From contig OX597817.1 in assembly GCA_951406725.2 (NCBI GenBank), positions 96,906,001 to 96,970,000 on the forward strand: a stretch of 64,000 nt of DNA, given 5' to 3'. The position numbers were made by a program, and so were the translations under genes. Under the pieces are notes generated by a model. That model worked only from the letters and a program-made list of their open reading frames with translations. It did not search any database and was not told where the DNA came from. Position 1 is the first letter of the stretch; each line of letters opens with the position of its first letter. Shown piece after piece: positions 27,570 to 39,865 of the stretch. The DNA is from Octopus vulgaris. Lineage: Eukaryota.

Positions 27570-27992
27570 ACACAAAGACCTGTTGAGGCAAGCGAAGTTG
27601 ATATCGAACCTCATCCGACGACAGGCACCCATGCCAACCCCCTTTGCTTGCGAAGACATGTTGGGGCAAGTGTGGCACCCGGCAGATGCCAGGACCCCTG
27701 GACTGGTGGTACGTAAAAAGCACTATCCGAATCGTGGCCGATGCCAGAGCCGCCTCGACTGGCACCAATCCGACCGTGGCCGTTGCCAGCCTCGCCTGGC
27801 ACCTGTGCGGGTGGCATGTAAAAAGCACCCACTACACTCTCGGAGTGGTTGGCGTTAGGAAGGGCATCCAGCTGTAGAAACATTGCCAGATAAGACTGGA
27901 GTCTGGTGCAGCCTTCTGGCTTCCCAGATCCCCGGTCGAACCGTCCAACCCATGCTGGCATGGAGAACGGACGTTAAACGATGATGATGATG
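27570..27992 (+). mobile_element. Mirror SINE copy inside the right arm
   Basis: Reverse complement of 26345-26730 with one extra ~38-bp block. Confidence 0.8.
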
Positions 27993-29560
27993 AGAAGAAA
28001 TTAATTCATTAAGTTTACCAAATTATATACGTCTGTAAAAAAAAAAAGTTTCACAAATTATATACGTTCGCGTTTGTGTAAAAAAAATTATTATTTAAGT
28101 TTTATAAATTATTTACTTTGTTCAAAAAATATTATTAATATTAATTAATTTTCAAGAATTATTTAATTTATATAATTAATTCATTAATTTTATTCTGTAA
28201 AATAGTAATTAATTCATTTATCGGTAAATCGCTATGTTGTCATTCAGGCAGCTAGAAATAGCAGCCAGATTTCCCTCCAATAACACTTTATTGTCTTAAA
28301 AAGCAGAAAGGTATCTAAAAAATTGTTTTTTTTTTTGTTTTTGAGGTCAGGTTACTTGATTCCACGCAAAAAATCTGATTTTTTTTTTCCATGTGAAAAT
28401 TCCGGGGAGGGGGTCACCCCCCCTTTCCGGACCAAAATATGGGATTTGCAACATATTAGGAGGTCAGGGTACTTGATTCCACGCAAAAAATCCGAGTTTT
28501 TTTTTTTTTTTCTTAGTGAAAATCGTGTGGGTGTTAATCTGTAATTTTACCAAATCTAGAAATGCTAGGAAAACTTACCTCATATTTTTGATCAAGCGAC
28601 ATCGAAAAATATAAAAGCCAATCAGCATATCCACATTTATATAGACAAGTGAATTCGTGTTTCCCTCCAGACTTTTACCACGTGAGTCACAAAATAGTAC
28701 TGCCGAAAAAAGATTCGTAGTTTTGTCGTAGGGGAGTAAAAATAGTCATTTATAGGGAATATTATGTCGATAAAGGAAATGAGTCTTACGATTCTAATCC
28801 AGAAACGTACGTCCATAATTAACCGAAGACTGTGTGATTTCATTATTTTTCTTCTTTTTTTGCCATATGTGAGTTATAAATATTGTTGTCTGTGGAGACT
28901 TATCTTTGTAGTAAAAGGAAATAGTAGTTTTTTGGCTGCTATTTCTAAAATCTTTGGTATGTGGTTTAAGCAACTTGTTGCAAAAATCCCTTATTATTAT
29001 AATTATGTAAATTTTTACCGAATATGGTCCTTTTCCATACCGAAATACTACTAGGTGAAATTTGTTGATTTTATTTAATTAATTATATTTCGCCCTATAT
29101 CTGTAATGAGTATATATATATATATATATTTTGCAATACTTTTTTTTCGTTCGGCGTCAACAGCCCTTCTTATCTTGTTTTTCCCTGTCCTGTCTTTTAC
29201 TGTTTATATTTTTGTACTGTCGTTACTGTCCTGTTTTTTTACCATTTTTTACCCCTCTGCGAAAAGATCTCAGAATTTTAATTGATTTGCTTTTCGCAGG
29301 AAGGAAAGTTTCTTGTCGAAGATACGTCTCGCTTTTATCCTTCGAAACGTAGAGTAGATGAAACCATAGCGACTGAAGAAGGGGTTTTTTCTTTGTGTTA
29401 ATTGTCCTGTACTCCATTTTTTGTTGTTTTTTAAAAAATGTCCAGTTCCTTTGGTTTGTGTCTATGTTTTCGTTTCTCTTTGTGTTCGACGTCCCTTTGG
29501 TGTCCTGTACTCATATATGTACATGTAGAGATATATGCATATGTTTTATTTCATTTATTA

Positions 29561-29597
<37 letters not shown>

Positions 29598-31689
29598 TAT
29601 ATATATATATACACATGTTCCCTCATGCACATACATATATACGCACACATTCACCCACTAAACATACATATATGGCCATATGTGGATGCAGACACAGAGA
29701 TATATAAGATATGTAGATAGCTGTACCTACATATAAGCATACATATACACCCATGTACATGTGTGTCTCAGTATACATACACAGACACACACGCTCATAT
29801 CTACAGATATATACTCACACATACAGAGATTTTTTTTTGCGCACATACGCAGGTATGCGTGTATACATTCACATGCACTCATATTTGTATACATTTGCTC
29901 ATATATACATACACATACATACATACATATATACATACATACATACCTACATACATACATACATATAAGCATATATACACATGCATAAACACTCACACAC
30001 ACATATATATGTATAGTTGGAATTTACAGAAAAACAAAAGACAAAGACAGCTGTATAAACAACAGTTGTTTAATGCCCAGGAAGGTGAGAAAGTCTTTTA
30101 CATTTTGAGCCTATGTTCTTCACCAGAAAGGAACATGAGGAAATCAAAAAGGTTTTCTTCCTATCTGTTTGAAGCTACTACATTGCAAGTATAGCATCAT
30201 CTGTGGTCAGCATAATTGTTGAAGTTAGAAATTTTTCCTCAACTTTGACCTGATTGTAATTGAGGTTAGTAATAAAATATCTCGATAATTTTTGCTATCT
30301 AACAGCCAATATTCTTTTCTCTGTTGGATTCCAAGTCAATTTTTACTCCACACTAACGTCTAATTTGAAAAAATTGTCTGAATTGGGGCAAAATGAGTAA
30401 TGACTAATTTCGATAATTTCTTTTCTTTAATGATATGGTGTGCAAATATATCACGAAGAAAGCCACTCCAGCAGGTCATGAAGAAGCTATAGAGAATACT
30501 TTATGTTGAGCTTTTAGATTTAGTCAAGTTTCCTTAATTTCATATCATGTGCCATTTTTTTATGATCCTCTTTCATTTGACCAAGATATTTAAAATTTTT
30601 GCTGCATTTGTGATCTTTTGCAGTCTCTGGATAGATTGATGTGTGTGAGTCATTTTTCAAATGTAATCCTGGAGAATTGAAGAGGTAAATTTACTTATCT
30701 TGTCTCACTCATTTTGCCCCAGTTAAATTTGTCTTTTATATGCTCAAAGAGAACAGAGATAGTTTTCTGAAATAGTGTTCTGAATATGTCAAAGTGTTTT
30801 AAAGCATTTAGAGTAGGTCACTTGCTTAGCTGATAGAGTTTTTGTAAGGTAGTGAACATTTGTACAGAATATATTTTTTCTCTAAGTCAAAAATACAGTA
30901 AATCTCACTCCCTCTGCCACCACCCCTATATTATATAGGTGAAAAAGGAGATTTTTAAAACAATATATTCATTAGGTCATGAACCAAAATCAAGCCGGGA
31001 ATTCCATTTGTGGATTTTATGCACCTTTTGTTTTGATAGCCACATCCTGTAAATGTCAACTCATGAACGATATTCAATTAAAAGGCAGCACAGTAAAACA
31101 AAGGTTGAAAAGTGGCCTTTAGTCACTCTGGAATATTGCCCATACACAAACACAGAGATTCCTTTACTGAAAGGTGCAGTAAAACAACAATAGTATGCCA
31201 CAGTCCAAAACGTCAGATACAAGTTGTGTTCACTGTTTAGTCTACAATTAATTCTGACCATTGCACTTTATGATGCAATACAAAACGTGAAAGAAAATTG
31301 AGTCAACCATTTAACTTCATATATTTTGGTTTATATGAACGACTAGAGTTGGTTTATTTTCACATTCATACACGACGTGTTTACAGAAAAAAAACTATCA
31401 CGAAATTCAGGTAAATACGATTATATTATTAAAACTATTGTTAGAGCAAGGTAACGGGTTGGTAAAATCAGAATATCGCTAGGCAGAATATACCTTGCAG
31501 TGTTTAATTACGTTCCTTTACGTTCCAAATATCACCAAACAACTTTGATTTTCTTCCTTTCTGTATTAATAACACAAGTTTTAATTGACTATTGGTTGGA
31601 TTTAACCAATTATACTTTTTCTGGTATACCACCTGTTAGAAGAAATCTAAACCATCATTAAGAAGACGGCTAATTGCAGTATTTAGTTA

Positions 31690-32473
31690 GGATCTTTTCC
31701 TTTTGAACGGCACACAATTTGTAGTTAACTTCAAAAACTTCGTATACTGGTAGAATGTGTCAAAATAAAACATTTTTTTCTCTTGGCTTTCTTGATAAAA
31801 TTGTAATTCATTTGTTTAACGTAGTTTAATTTTTCGAATTTTAACCAATGAATCACCTCTAATTGAGCTAAAATCATTTGCTGCATCTAAAACTGAGACA
31901 ACATCCTGTCACTAACCCTAAACCTCACCCTAACCCTAACCCTAAATTTTTTTTTTAATTGTTAAATTAATTTAATTGTTATGCATGTAAAAAAAATGAA
32001 AGCAATGGAAAATAATTTAAACAATTAACAAACAAAATAATTCTATAATTTTATACACACGCTTTCCGTATACGTACGGAATGTGTGTATATAAAATTAT
32101 AGAATTATTTTGTTTGTTAATTGTTTAAATTATTTTCCATTGCTTTCATTTTTTTTACACGCGTAACAATTAAATTAATTTAACAATTAAGAAAAAAAAA
32201 TTTAGGGTTAGGGTGAGGTTTAGGGTTAGTTACAGGATGTTGTCTCAGTTTTAGATGCAGCAAATGATTTTAGCTCAATGGAGGTAATCGATTGGTTAAA
32301 ATTGCCAAAATGCTCGAAATTTCAAACGAAATATCTTACAAACTATAGAATTTTCTCAATAAAACCAAGAGAAAATGATGTTTTATAAACTCATTCTACC
32401 AGTATACGAAGTTTAAAACTTTTTAGTTACCTAGAAATTATGTTACAAAGTGCCATTCAAAAGGAAAAGATCC
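31690..32473. mobile_element. 784-bp palindromic element (Merlin-like) with internal CCCTAA/TTAGGG repeats
   Basis: Termini GGATCTTTTCCTTTTGAA / TTCAAAAGGAAAAGATCC; perfect 8-bp TSD TTTAGTTA; essentially no spacer at centre ~32070. Confidence 0.9.
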
Positions 32474-33304
32474 TTTAGTTAAAACTCTTTTTCAGTATTT
32501 ATGCAATCAAATGTACTATCATTATCATTATTTTCGGAGGAGTTTCGGATCCACATGCTCACATAGGTTGGAATTTTCGTTTTTCACCATGGCCTTCGGA
32601 ATGATAGGGAGGGAGGGGGATTTTATCAAACAGAATTTTTGAAAATTTAGGATTTTTTCACCTCATCCCCACTTCGGATTTAGTTAGATCCCTCAGGATC
32701 AATTTTGACCAATGTTTTATGCTATTAAAAAAGATTTGAAAATGTATGATTTTTTCAACCCCACTCCTCCTCCATTGTTTCTGTTTATAATTTAAATATT
32801 GGAGAGTCTGAGGTTATTGCTAAGATTTATCCACAGTGATTTAAGAAAGAGGGGCATAACTACAGATGTATAATCCCCACCGACTTTGTTGCCTCATAAC
32901 TTCCAGAAAAATGGATACTTTTTAACGAAACTTTCAACAAATAATTGATTAGATCCTGTAGATTGAGTGTATGTAAAAATTTGTTGGAAAAAAAAAATTA
33001 TGAGGTGTTAGTGAGAGGAGTTTCTGAAAATTCCCACAACCCGGCATTTTCCTCCTCATAACTTTTAAAAAAATGGGTATTTTTTAATGAAATTTCATAC
33101 AAATATCTTTCAAACGATGTAGATTACGATTTGTAGACAAAAAGTTTTGGAAGAGTATGGGAGAGTGGAGTTTCTGGAAAACGGAGTTTCGTATCAGACG
33201 ACCTACATAAATTGGAATTTCTCCGTTTTGACGGGGATTTTTTCCGATTTTTTTTCATCAGTTTTCACATCTCTTGATGTTTTTCGATATTTTTCTCCCC
33301 ATAA

Positions 33305-35295
33305 ACACATTGACTACATCCTTGCAAGGAAAAGGGAAAGATGGCTGCTTATAAATGCCAAAACCTTTCCAGGCGAGGAATGTACCCCGCAACATAGACT
33401 GGTAGTTAGTGACTTTAGGATCAGGACTAAGAGGACGACCAGAAGACGACCAACATGGAGAAGAAGGATCTGTAAGCTTAAAGATCCTGCGAATGGACAG
33501 AGATTTAGGGACATATTACTTGAAGCTTTTGACGAAGTAGAAGGGGATAGAGCATCACATGGGGTAGAAGACAACTGGACGTTTCTAAGGGACAACCTGC
33601 TGAAAGCCACTGACCAGATCTGTGGTTGGTGCAAAGTCCCCTCTCGACCCAAAATAACGTGGTGGTGGAACAATGTTGTAGACAGGGCTATTAGAGAAAA
33701 GAGACAGGCTTGGAAGGACTGGAAGAATGATGGTAGCAGGGAATTGTATCAGACTGCCAAAAGGGAAGCTAGGAGACAGGTGTATTTAGCCAGAGGGGAA
33801 ACAGATAAGAAAAAATTTGCCAATGTTCTGCGCCGTGAGGATGAAAGGCTTGAGGTATTTCGTATTGCAAGACAGTGTGTGAGAGAGAATCGTGCTGTGG
33901 TTGGAGAGAAATGTGTTTACATGGATGATGGTTCACTTGCGCTAAATGAGGATGCAAAGAGAGAGGTTTGGAGACGCCACTATGAAAGGTTGCTGAATAA
34001 AGAAAATGAATGGGATAAAGAGAGTCTGCCGAATGTCGACCCAACAGAGGGACCAGCTATCTGAGTTGACAGTTCCTTGGTAGCTAAGGCAATTAGAAGC
34101 ATGAAGACAGGGAAAGCCCCAGGTCCATCAGGAATCACTGCAGAGATGCTCAAAATATTTGGTAGTGTCGGCTATAGCCTAGTCACCCATATAGTTAATC
34201 AGGTGATACACGAAGGAGTCATACCCAATGGCTGGTGTAGCAGCATAATAGTCAACTGCTACAAAGGTAAAGGTGACGCCCTAGATACAAATAATTACAG
34301 AGGTATCAAGCTATTGGATCAGGTAATGAAGTTTACGGAGAGGGTCATAGCTCAACTAATTAGAGAGAGAGTTAGTTTAGATGAGATGCAGTTTGGGTTC
34401 GTGCCAGGGAAAAGTACCCCTGATGCTATATTCCTGGCAAGGCAGTTGCAGGAGAAATACCTAGCCAAAGATAAGCCCCTGTACCTGGCTTTTGTTGACA
34501 TGGAGAAAACCTTCGACAGGGTCCCCTAATCCTTTATCTGGTGGTCAATGAGGAAACTAGGGATAGATGAATGGTTAGTGAGAGCTGTGCGAGCCATGTA
34601 CAGGGACGCCGCTAGTAAGGTGAGGGTTGGCAATGAGTACAGTGAAGAATTCCGGGTAGAGGTAGGGGTCCACCAAGGCTCAGTCCTCAGCCCCCTCCTA
34701 TTTATCATAGTCCTCCAGGCAATAACGGAGGAATTCAAGACAGGATGCCCCTGGGAGCTCCTCTATGCTGATGACCTTGCTCTAATTGCTGAGTCACTAT
34801 CAGAACTGGAGGAGAAGTTTCAGGTGTGGAAGCAAGGATTAGAATCGAAGGGCCCTTAGGGTCAATCTAGCTAAAACCAAAGTCGTAATAAGTAGGAAGG
34901 TAGACAAATCACAAACGCCTTCAGGTAGATGGCCCTGCTCGATCTGTAGAAAAGGGGTAGGTAGAAACTCTATAAGATGCACCAAGTGTAAGCTATGGAC
35001 TCATAAGAGGTGCAGCAATGTCAAAGGAAGACTAACTAGGAAGATAGTTTTTGTATGTGGCAGATGCTCAGAAGCAACAAACACTGAAAATGCTCTGAGA
35101 CCAACTTCTGCCACATTCCAGGGAAAAAAACTAGAAATAGCTTCCGTTACCTAGGTGACCAAGTCAGTAGCGGGGGTGGGTGTGCTGAAAGTGTAACTGC
35201 TAGAGTAAGAATAGCTTGGGCAAAGTTCAGAGAGCTCTTACCTCTGCTGGTGACAAAAGGCCTCTCGCTCAGAGTAAATGGCAGACTGTATGACG
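33305..35295 (+). mobile_element. Truncated RTE LINE, same subfamily as 7107-10950
   Basis: Near-identical RT peptide (MVAKAIRSMKTGKAPGPSG..LYADD), frameshifted. Confidence 0.95.
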
Positions 35296-35299
35296 TTTT

Positions 35300-35925
35300 T
35301 GTTTTGATAGAGTTTTTGTTAAGTCAGCAGATAAGGATAGCATAAGTCGTCCACAATTCAAATTGGTCAGCTAAACAGACCACAAATTTGTGATTTGCAC
35401 AGTTGATTTAGCTGGGACTTGTAGACAGGGACCTGGTTACTTGAAGTTGAATGCATCCTTTCCAGTATGTAAAGATTACAGGGATCAGATTAGTGAGCTA
35501 GTTTATCAGTAATTGACAGGGAGCAATCATCAACAACCAATGATGGATCACCCTGAAGAGGGCAATTAGAGTAGAATTAAAAGCATTTATCAAAGTGTTA
35601 GTAATAGAATGAAATAGATTAGAGAGTGAGCTAGTTAGCAAATTAGAAGAGATGATTAGTAAAGGCTTTGTGACCAATGTACTAGCATTGAGAATAGCCC
35701 TTGACCATTTCTTTGAAGCAGAACAAAAGAGTATGTTGTCAGAGCTAAGGCCCATCTACTCAAACATGAAAGAACTAAAGCCACTCAATGGGCCTGAATG
35801 ATGGAGACATTACATGGGAATAAAACCATGATCAAGTCTTTGACAGATTAGGATGGGCACATGCTACTCAGTTCTGAGCAGATGTGTGTGGCTTTCCAGC
35901 TGCACTTTGCACAGCTGTTTGTGGA
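35300..35925 (+). mobile_element. Degenerate Tx1/L1 ORF2 fragment
   Basis: TDHKFV, PGYLKLNAS and RAIRVE blocks parallel to 43300-43900. Confidence 0.65.
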
Positions 35926-35936
35926 TGCTTGAATAT

Positions 35937-36408
35937 GAAAATCATAACAAAATCAGAATTAGCTATAATTTCTATAGAAAATCTGTAGTGATAACCTTAA
36001 CAAGTGATGTAAGAGCACTGCTAACACAGTAGAACATGATATTGACTTACAAAAACGTTTAATATACCATGTCCTCACAAGTCATTAATATTTATGTACC
36101 AGCTTCCAGGAATATGTTTTAATATATAAAATTGGTATAGCCAATAATGCTACACTACTATATTAAGTGGCTATTTAAGTAGTGAGTCTATGGATGATTA
36201 GTGGCTTGGACAGGTGCTGATGAAGGAGCAAAAAACTCCTGAAATATGTCATATATGCTCATTGCCCATTTTTCATCTTTGTTCTCATGTAAACAATATC
36301 TCGCATCTCAAATACGAAACAGCATAACAAAATCAGTGCTGGTTATAATTTCTAATGAAAATCTGTAGAGATAACTTTAACAAGTGATTTAAGGGCACTG
36401 CTAACACA
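35937..36408 (+). repeat. ~380-bp partial tandem repeat with a hammerhead-like core at 36217-36250
   Basis: 35937-36030 ~ 36316-36408; CTGATGA-AGGAG-CAAAAAA-CTCCT-GAAATATGTC. Confidence 0.6.
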
Positions 36409-38496
36409 TTTAATATACTTTTTAATATATTATGGTTGCATAACAAAATACTGTGTCCCTATAAGTAATTAACCTTGTATACTATGCATACTTCGCTTCT
36501 TTGTTTTATTGTATACTGTGTATACTTTCATTCTTTGTTATTATTTCATTATATGTAAACCTTCAAACATTATGTCTGTCTGTATTGTCCCTTCATTCTT
36601 CATCCTGGTAGGAAATGAAAGAGATCATCATCATCATCATTATCTTTATTATTGTTATTATTATTATTATTATTATTACTAGTATTAGCATGCTGGGCAA
36701 AATGCCTAGCAGCATATAGTCTGTCTTCATAAAATCTTGTAATTATTTACTATCACAGCCTCTGACCCATGTGCATACCATTTTTTATCATCTTAAGTCC
36801 AAACACTTAACCAAAATCTCAATGCACTCTTTTATCAAAACATTCATGCCTGTGCTTATATACTTTTTGTGCTAGTTTACTGCATTTGTTTAAGAGATGG
36901 TTGATACTTTCATCTACTTCTTCACAGATTATGCATTTGCTCTCTGACTAAGTTTTCTCAATCTTCATCTTCATAAAATTTATTTTCTATCCAAGTTCAT
37001 TAGGCTTGTTTCCATTAGTAATTTAGTTTCTCATTTCAGATTTCCATCCATCTGCCATAACTAGTGTTCTTAACTCCCAACATCCTTAGTCTTTTGCATG
37101 AATCAACCATGTAATTTCTCCTTTCTCCAACTATTTGTCCTGTCATTCTTCCTGTTTTTCTACTGTTTCATTGACTTTTTGGGTATTTCTGGCTGCAGAC
37201 AATATTGTTTCTTCTGTACACACAATATAGTTTATCAAACCTAATATTGCAGTACTAGAGTATCTTCTGCATTTAACAAACCTCTGTCTCCTTTCTTTCT
37301 TGGTAAGTAGAGCCTATAAGTATTATTTATAAGATGGTGTGTATTGTTGTAGATGTGGAGCTTTGTCTTCTAGAAAATAGAAAAATGATGCCAAAGGGGC
37401 TTCCATAGGGAGTACATGACCCTGGCAGCCATACCACATCTGTGGTTGATCTCCGGGGTCAGGTCTCCATTATTGGTGACTGTGGAGCCCAGATAGGTGA
37501 AGGAGCTGACAAGCTTCATGACATTGGAGCCAACGTGGAGGTTGGCTATGGCGGGTCCTGGCCATCTCCAACATCTTTGACCAACTCACCTGAAGGCCAA
37601 GCTTTGCTAATTCTTCTCTGTATATGGTCAGTGCATCTCTGAGCTGGTCAACTGAATTGCTGAATAGGGTGGTATTATCCACATACTCCAGGAGCAGAAA
37701 CATGCCCCCTCTTAAAGACCCTGGCAAAGAGAATCAACTGTTCAATAGCAGAGGTAAGAACTGCAAGTGTACACACATCAGCCTGCAGCCTCACACTTCA
37801 TAACTTGGGAAGTGCAGAGGGACTGGCATGAGACTACCAGTGATGAAAAGTACTGATGAACCTGATTGGTTCGATGCATGATGATGTCTCTGGGATCACT
37901 AACCTAGGATGACTCCAGCTCCATCAAACAAGTGCATGAAGCAAGCAAGCATGGTGTGTGTTGTACATTGTGAGCAGCTGCCTAGTTTTTCTATTTAATT
38001 TCTGTGTCTTCGTTGTCCATTTTTAAAAATGGAGTAGAGCACATTAATATGACATGGCCCATATATTCATTGCTTTGAAAACATTCCCTCCACCTAGTTT
38101 TGTTTCAAGTGCCTTCCTAATTGTATATCCTTTGGAGACTTCTCTTTCATTTTTCTTTCCGTTATCCTACTGTTCTGCTGTACATCTAGGTACTTATATC
38201 CCTCATTATTTCTTAGTGACATTATTTTGAAGTAATTTTATGCCATCAGATTTTATTTCTTCATAGTTAAAACACTTCAGAATTAAAACTGCACACTTTT
38301 TACTGTGAACTGCATACCAATATCGTTGCTAAATATTCTTATTATTTGAATCAGAGAATCCAGATCTTTTTTCATTGTTCATGTACAGTTGTCCTCCATA
38401 TATACCAGGTGATTTATTTTCATTTTGGTTTTAGCAAGCTCATAGGTAAGACTGAATTTTCTCAGTATGCTTGTCATGGGGATTAATGCAATCAAT

Positions 38497-39790
38497 CATC
38501 ATCATCATCATCATCATCAACATCATCATTTAATGCCCATTTTCCATGTTGGTATAGGTTGGACAGTTTGACATGAACAGGCAAGTCAGAAGACTGCACC
38601 AAGCTCTGCTGTCTGTTTTGGCTGGATGCCCTTCCTAATGTCAACCACTTTACAGAGTGAACTCAGTGCTTTTTACATGGTACCAGCAGCAATGAGATCA
38701 TGAAGTAGCTTGCAGGGAAAGTTCCCTCAACCGGGCTGAGTAGTGCTGGACAATAGAAAGATGTCATGCATTAGAAGAGAGACATGACTACCTCAGCTTG
38801 AAATGAGAGGGCAGAGAAAGATGTATTAGAGAAGGGGCAAGGACTGTACACCCTAGTTTCAGGGTGGTGTATATAGTGGAGTGGACCAGGGATTGAAGAG
38901 GGTGATTAGGTGGATGACTTCACAAGATTTTGAAAGGAGAGTGGGAACTAGAGGTGTGGCGAGAAGGGATATAACATGGGCATTTTGTGTGCTAGTAGAA
39001 GGTAAGAGGTTTGCCAATGTTCTACTGCACGAGGACCAGAGGCATGAGGTGTTCAGGATTGCAAAACAGTGTGTCAGAGAGAATAGAGATGTGGTGGATG
39101 AGAAATGTGTGTAAATGGATAATAGTATACTTGCACTTAGTGACTCAGGGAAGAAATACGTGTGGAAGTGCCACTATTTGGGTATTTCTGGCTGCAGACA
39201 ATATTGTTTCCTTGCTTCTTCTCTAACTCTAGTAGAGATTTAGCTATAAAAATAAGTTTATCAGCATAGAGGAGCTCCCAAGGGCAACCAATTTTAAATT
39301 CCTAAGTTATGGCCTGAAGGATTGTGACAAATAAGAAAGAGCTGAGAATCAGTCCTCGGTGAACTCTTACATGCACTCTAAATTCATTACTATACTCAAT
39401 GCCAGCTTTCACCTTATTGACAGCATCAATAAGCTTGGCTTACTGATACATGGCTTGGACAGTTCTCACCAACCACTTATCTACCCCTACCTTCTACATT
39501 GACCACCAAATGAGTAAGTGAGGGATTTTGTCAGGCAAATGACAATCCTGAGGTTTACTTTTTGCTAAGTGCTTCTCCTACAGTTGCCTTACCAGGAAGA
39601 CAGTATCAGTAGTACAAAGCACAAAGCCAAACAGAATCTCATCTAGGCTAACCCTCTTCCTAATTATTTGAATTATAACTCTTTCTGTAACTTCTGTGAC
39701 TGGTCCAGTAAATTGATATCTCTTTAATTACTTCTCTCTGAGGCATCACCTTTCCCTGCGGAGCAGTAAACTATAATACTTCTACAATGA
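38497..39790. mobile_element. Cluster of old RTE/SINE fragments in both orientations
   Basis: Minus SINE tail 38497-38690; plus FANVL..VFRIAKQCVRENRDVV at 39000-39170; minus RT remnant 39255-39790. Confidence 0.7.
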
Positions 39791-39865
39791 TGAAAAGTAA
39801 TGGAGAGAGTGACTTGCTTTGAAATATCATCATCATTCATGATGTTAGTTTTAAAATACATTTTG

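Larger units (their letters stand above)
25655..28551. mobile_element. 2.9-kb fold-back element with ~1.3-kb inverted arms
   Basis: Arms 25655-27013 and 27287-28551; termini GGTAAAATTAC/GTAATTTTACC; flanks ACCTCTAG / AAATCTAG (imperfect 8-bp TSD); ~115-bp subterminal repeats. Confidence 0.9.

Noticed and set aside
18824-30194. Numerous YVCVCM/HTHTYI ORFs
   Set aside because: Translations of (CA)n, (TA)n and (TACA)n microsatellites
31061-31261. Short ORF as a host exon
   Set aside because: No recognisable motif or convincing splice pair
31912-31945. Interstitial telomere or chromosome fusion site
   Set aside because: Only a few degenerate units, mirrored inside a TSD-flanked transposon
33147-33305. 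Novel N-terminal extension fused to the RTE ORF
   Set aside because: Chance read-through from an adjacent repeat with a non-ATG start
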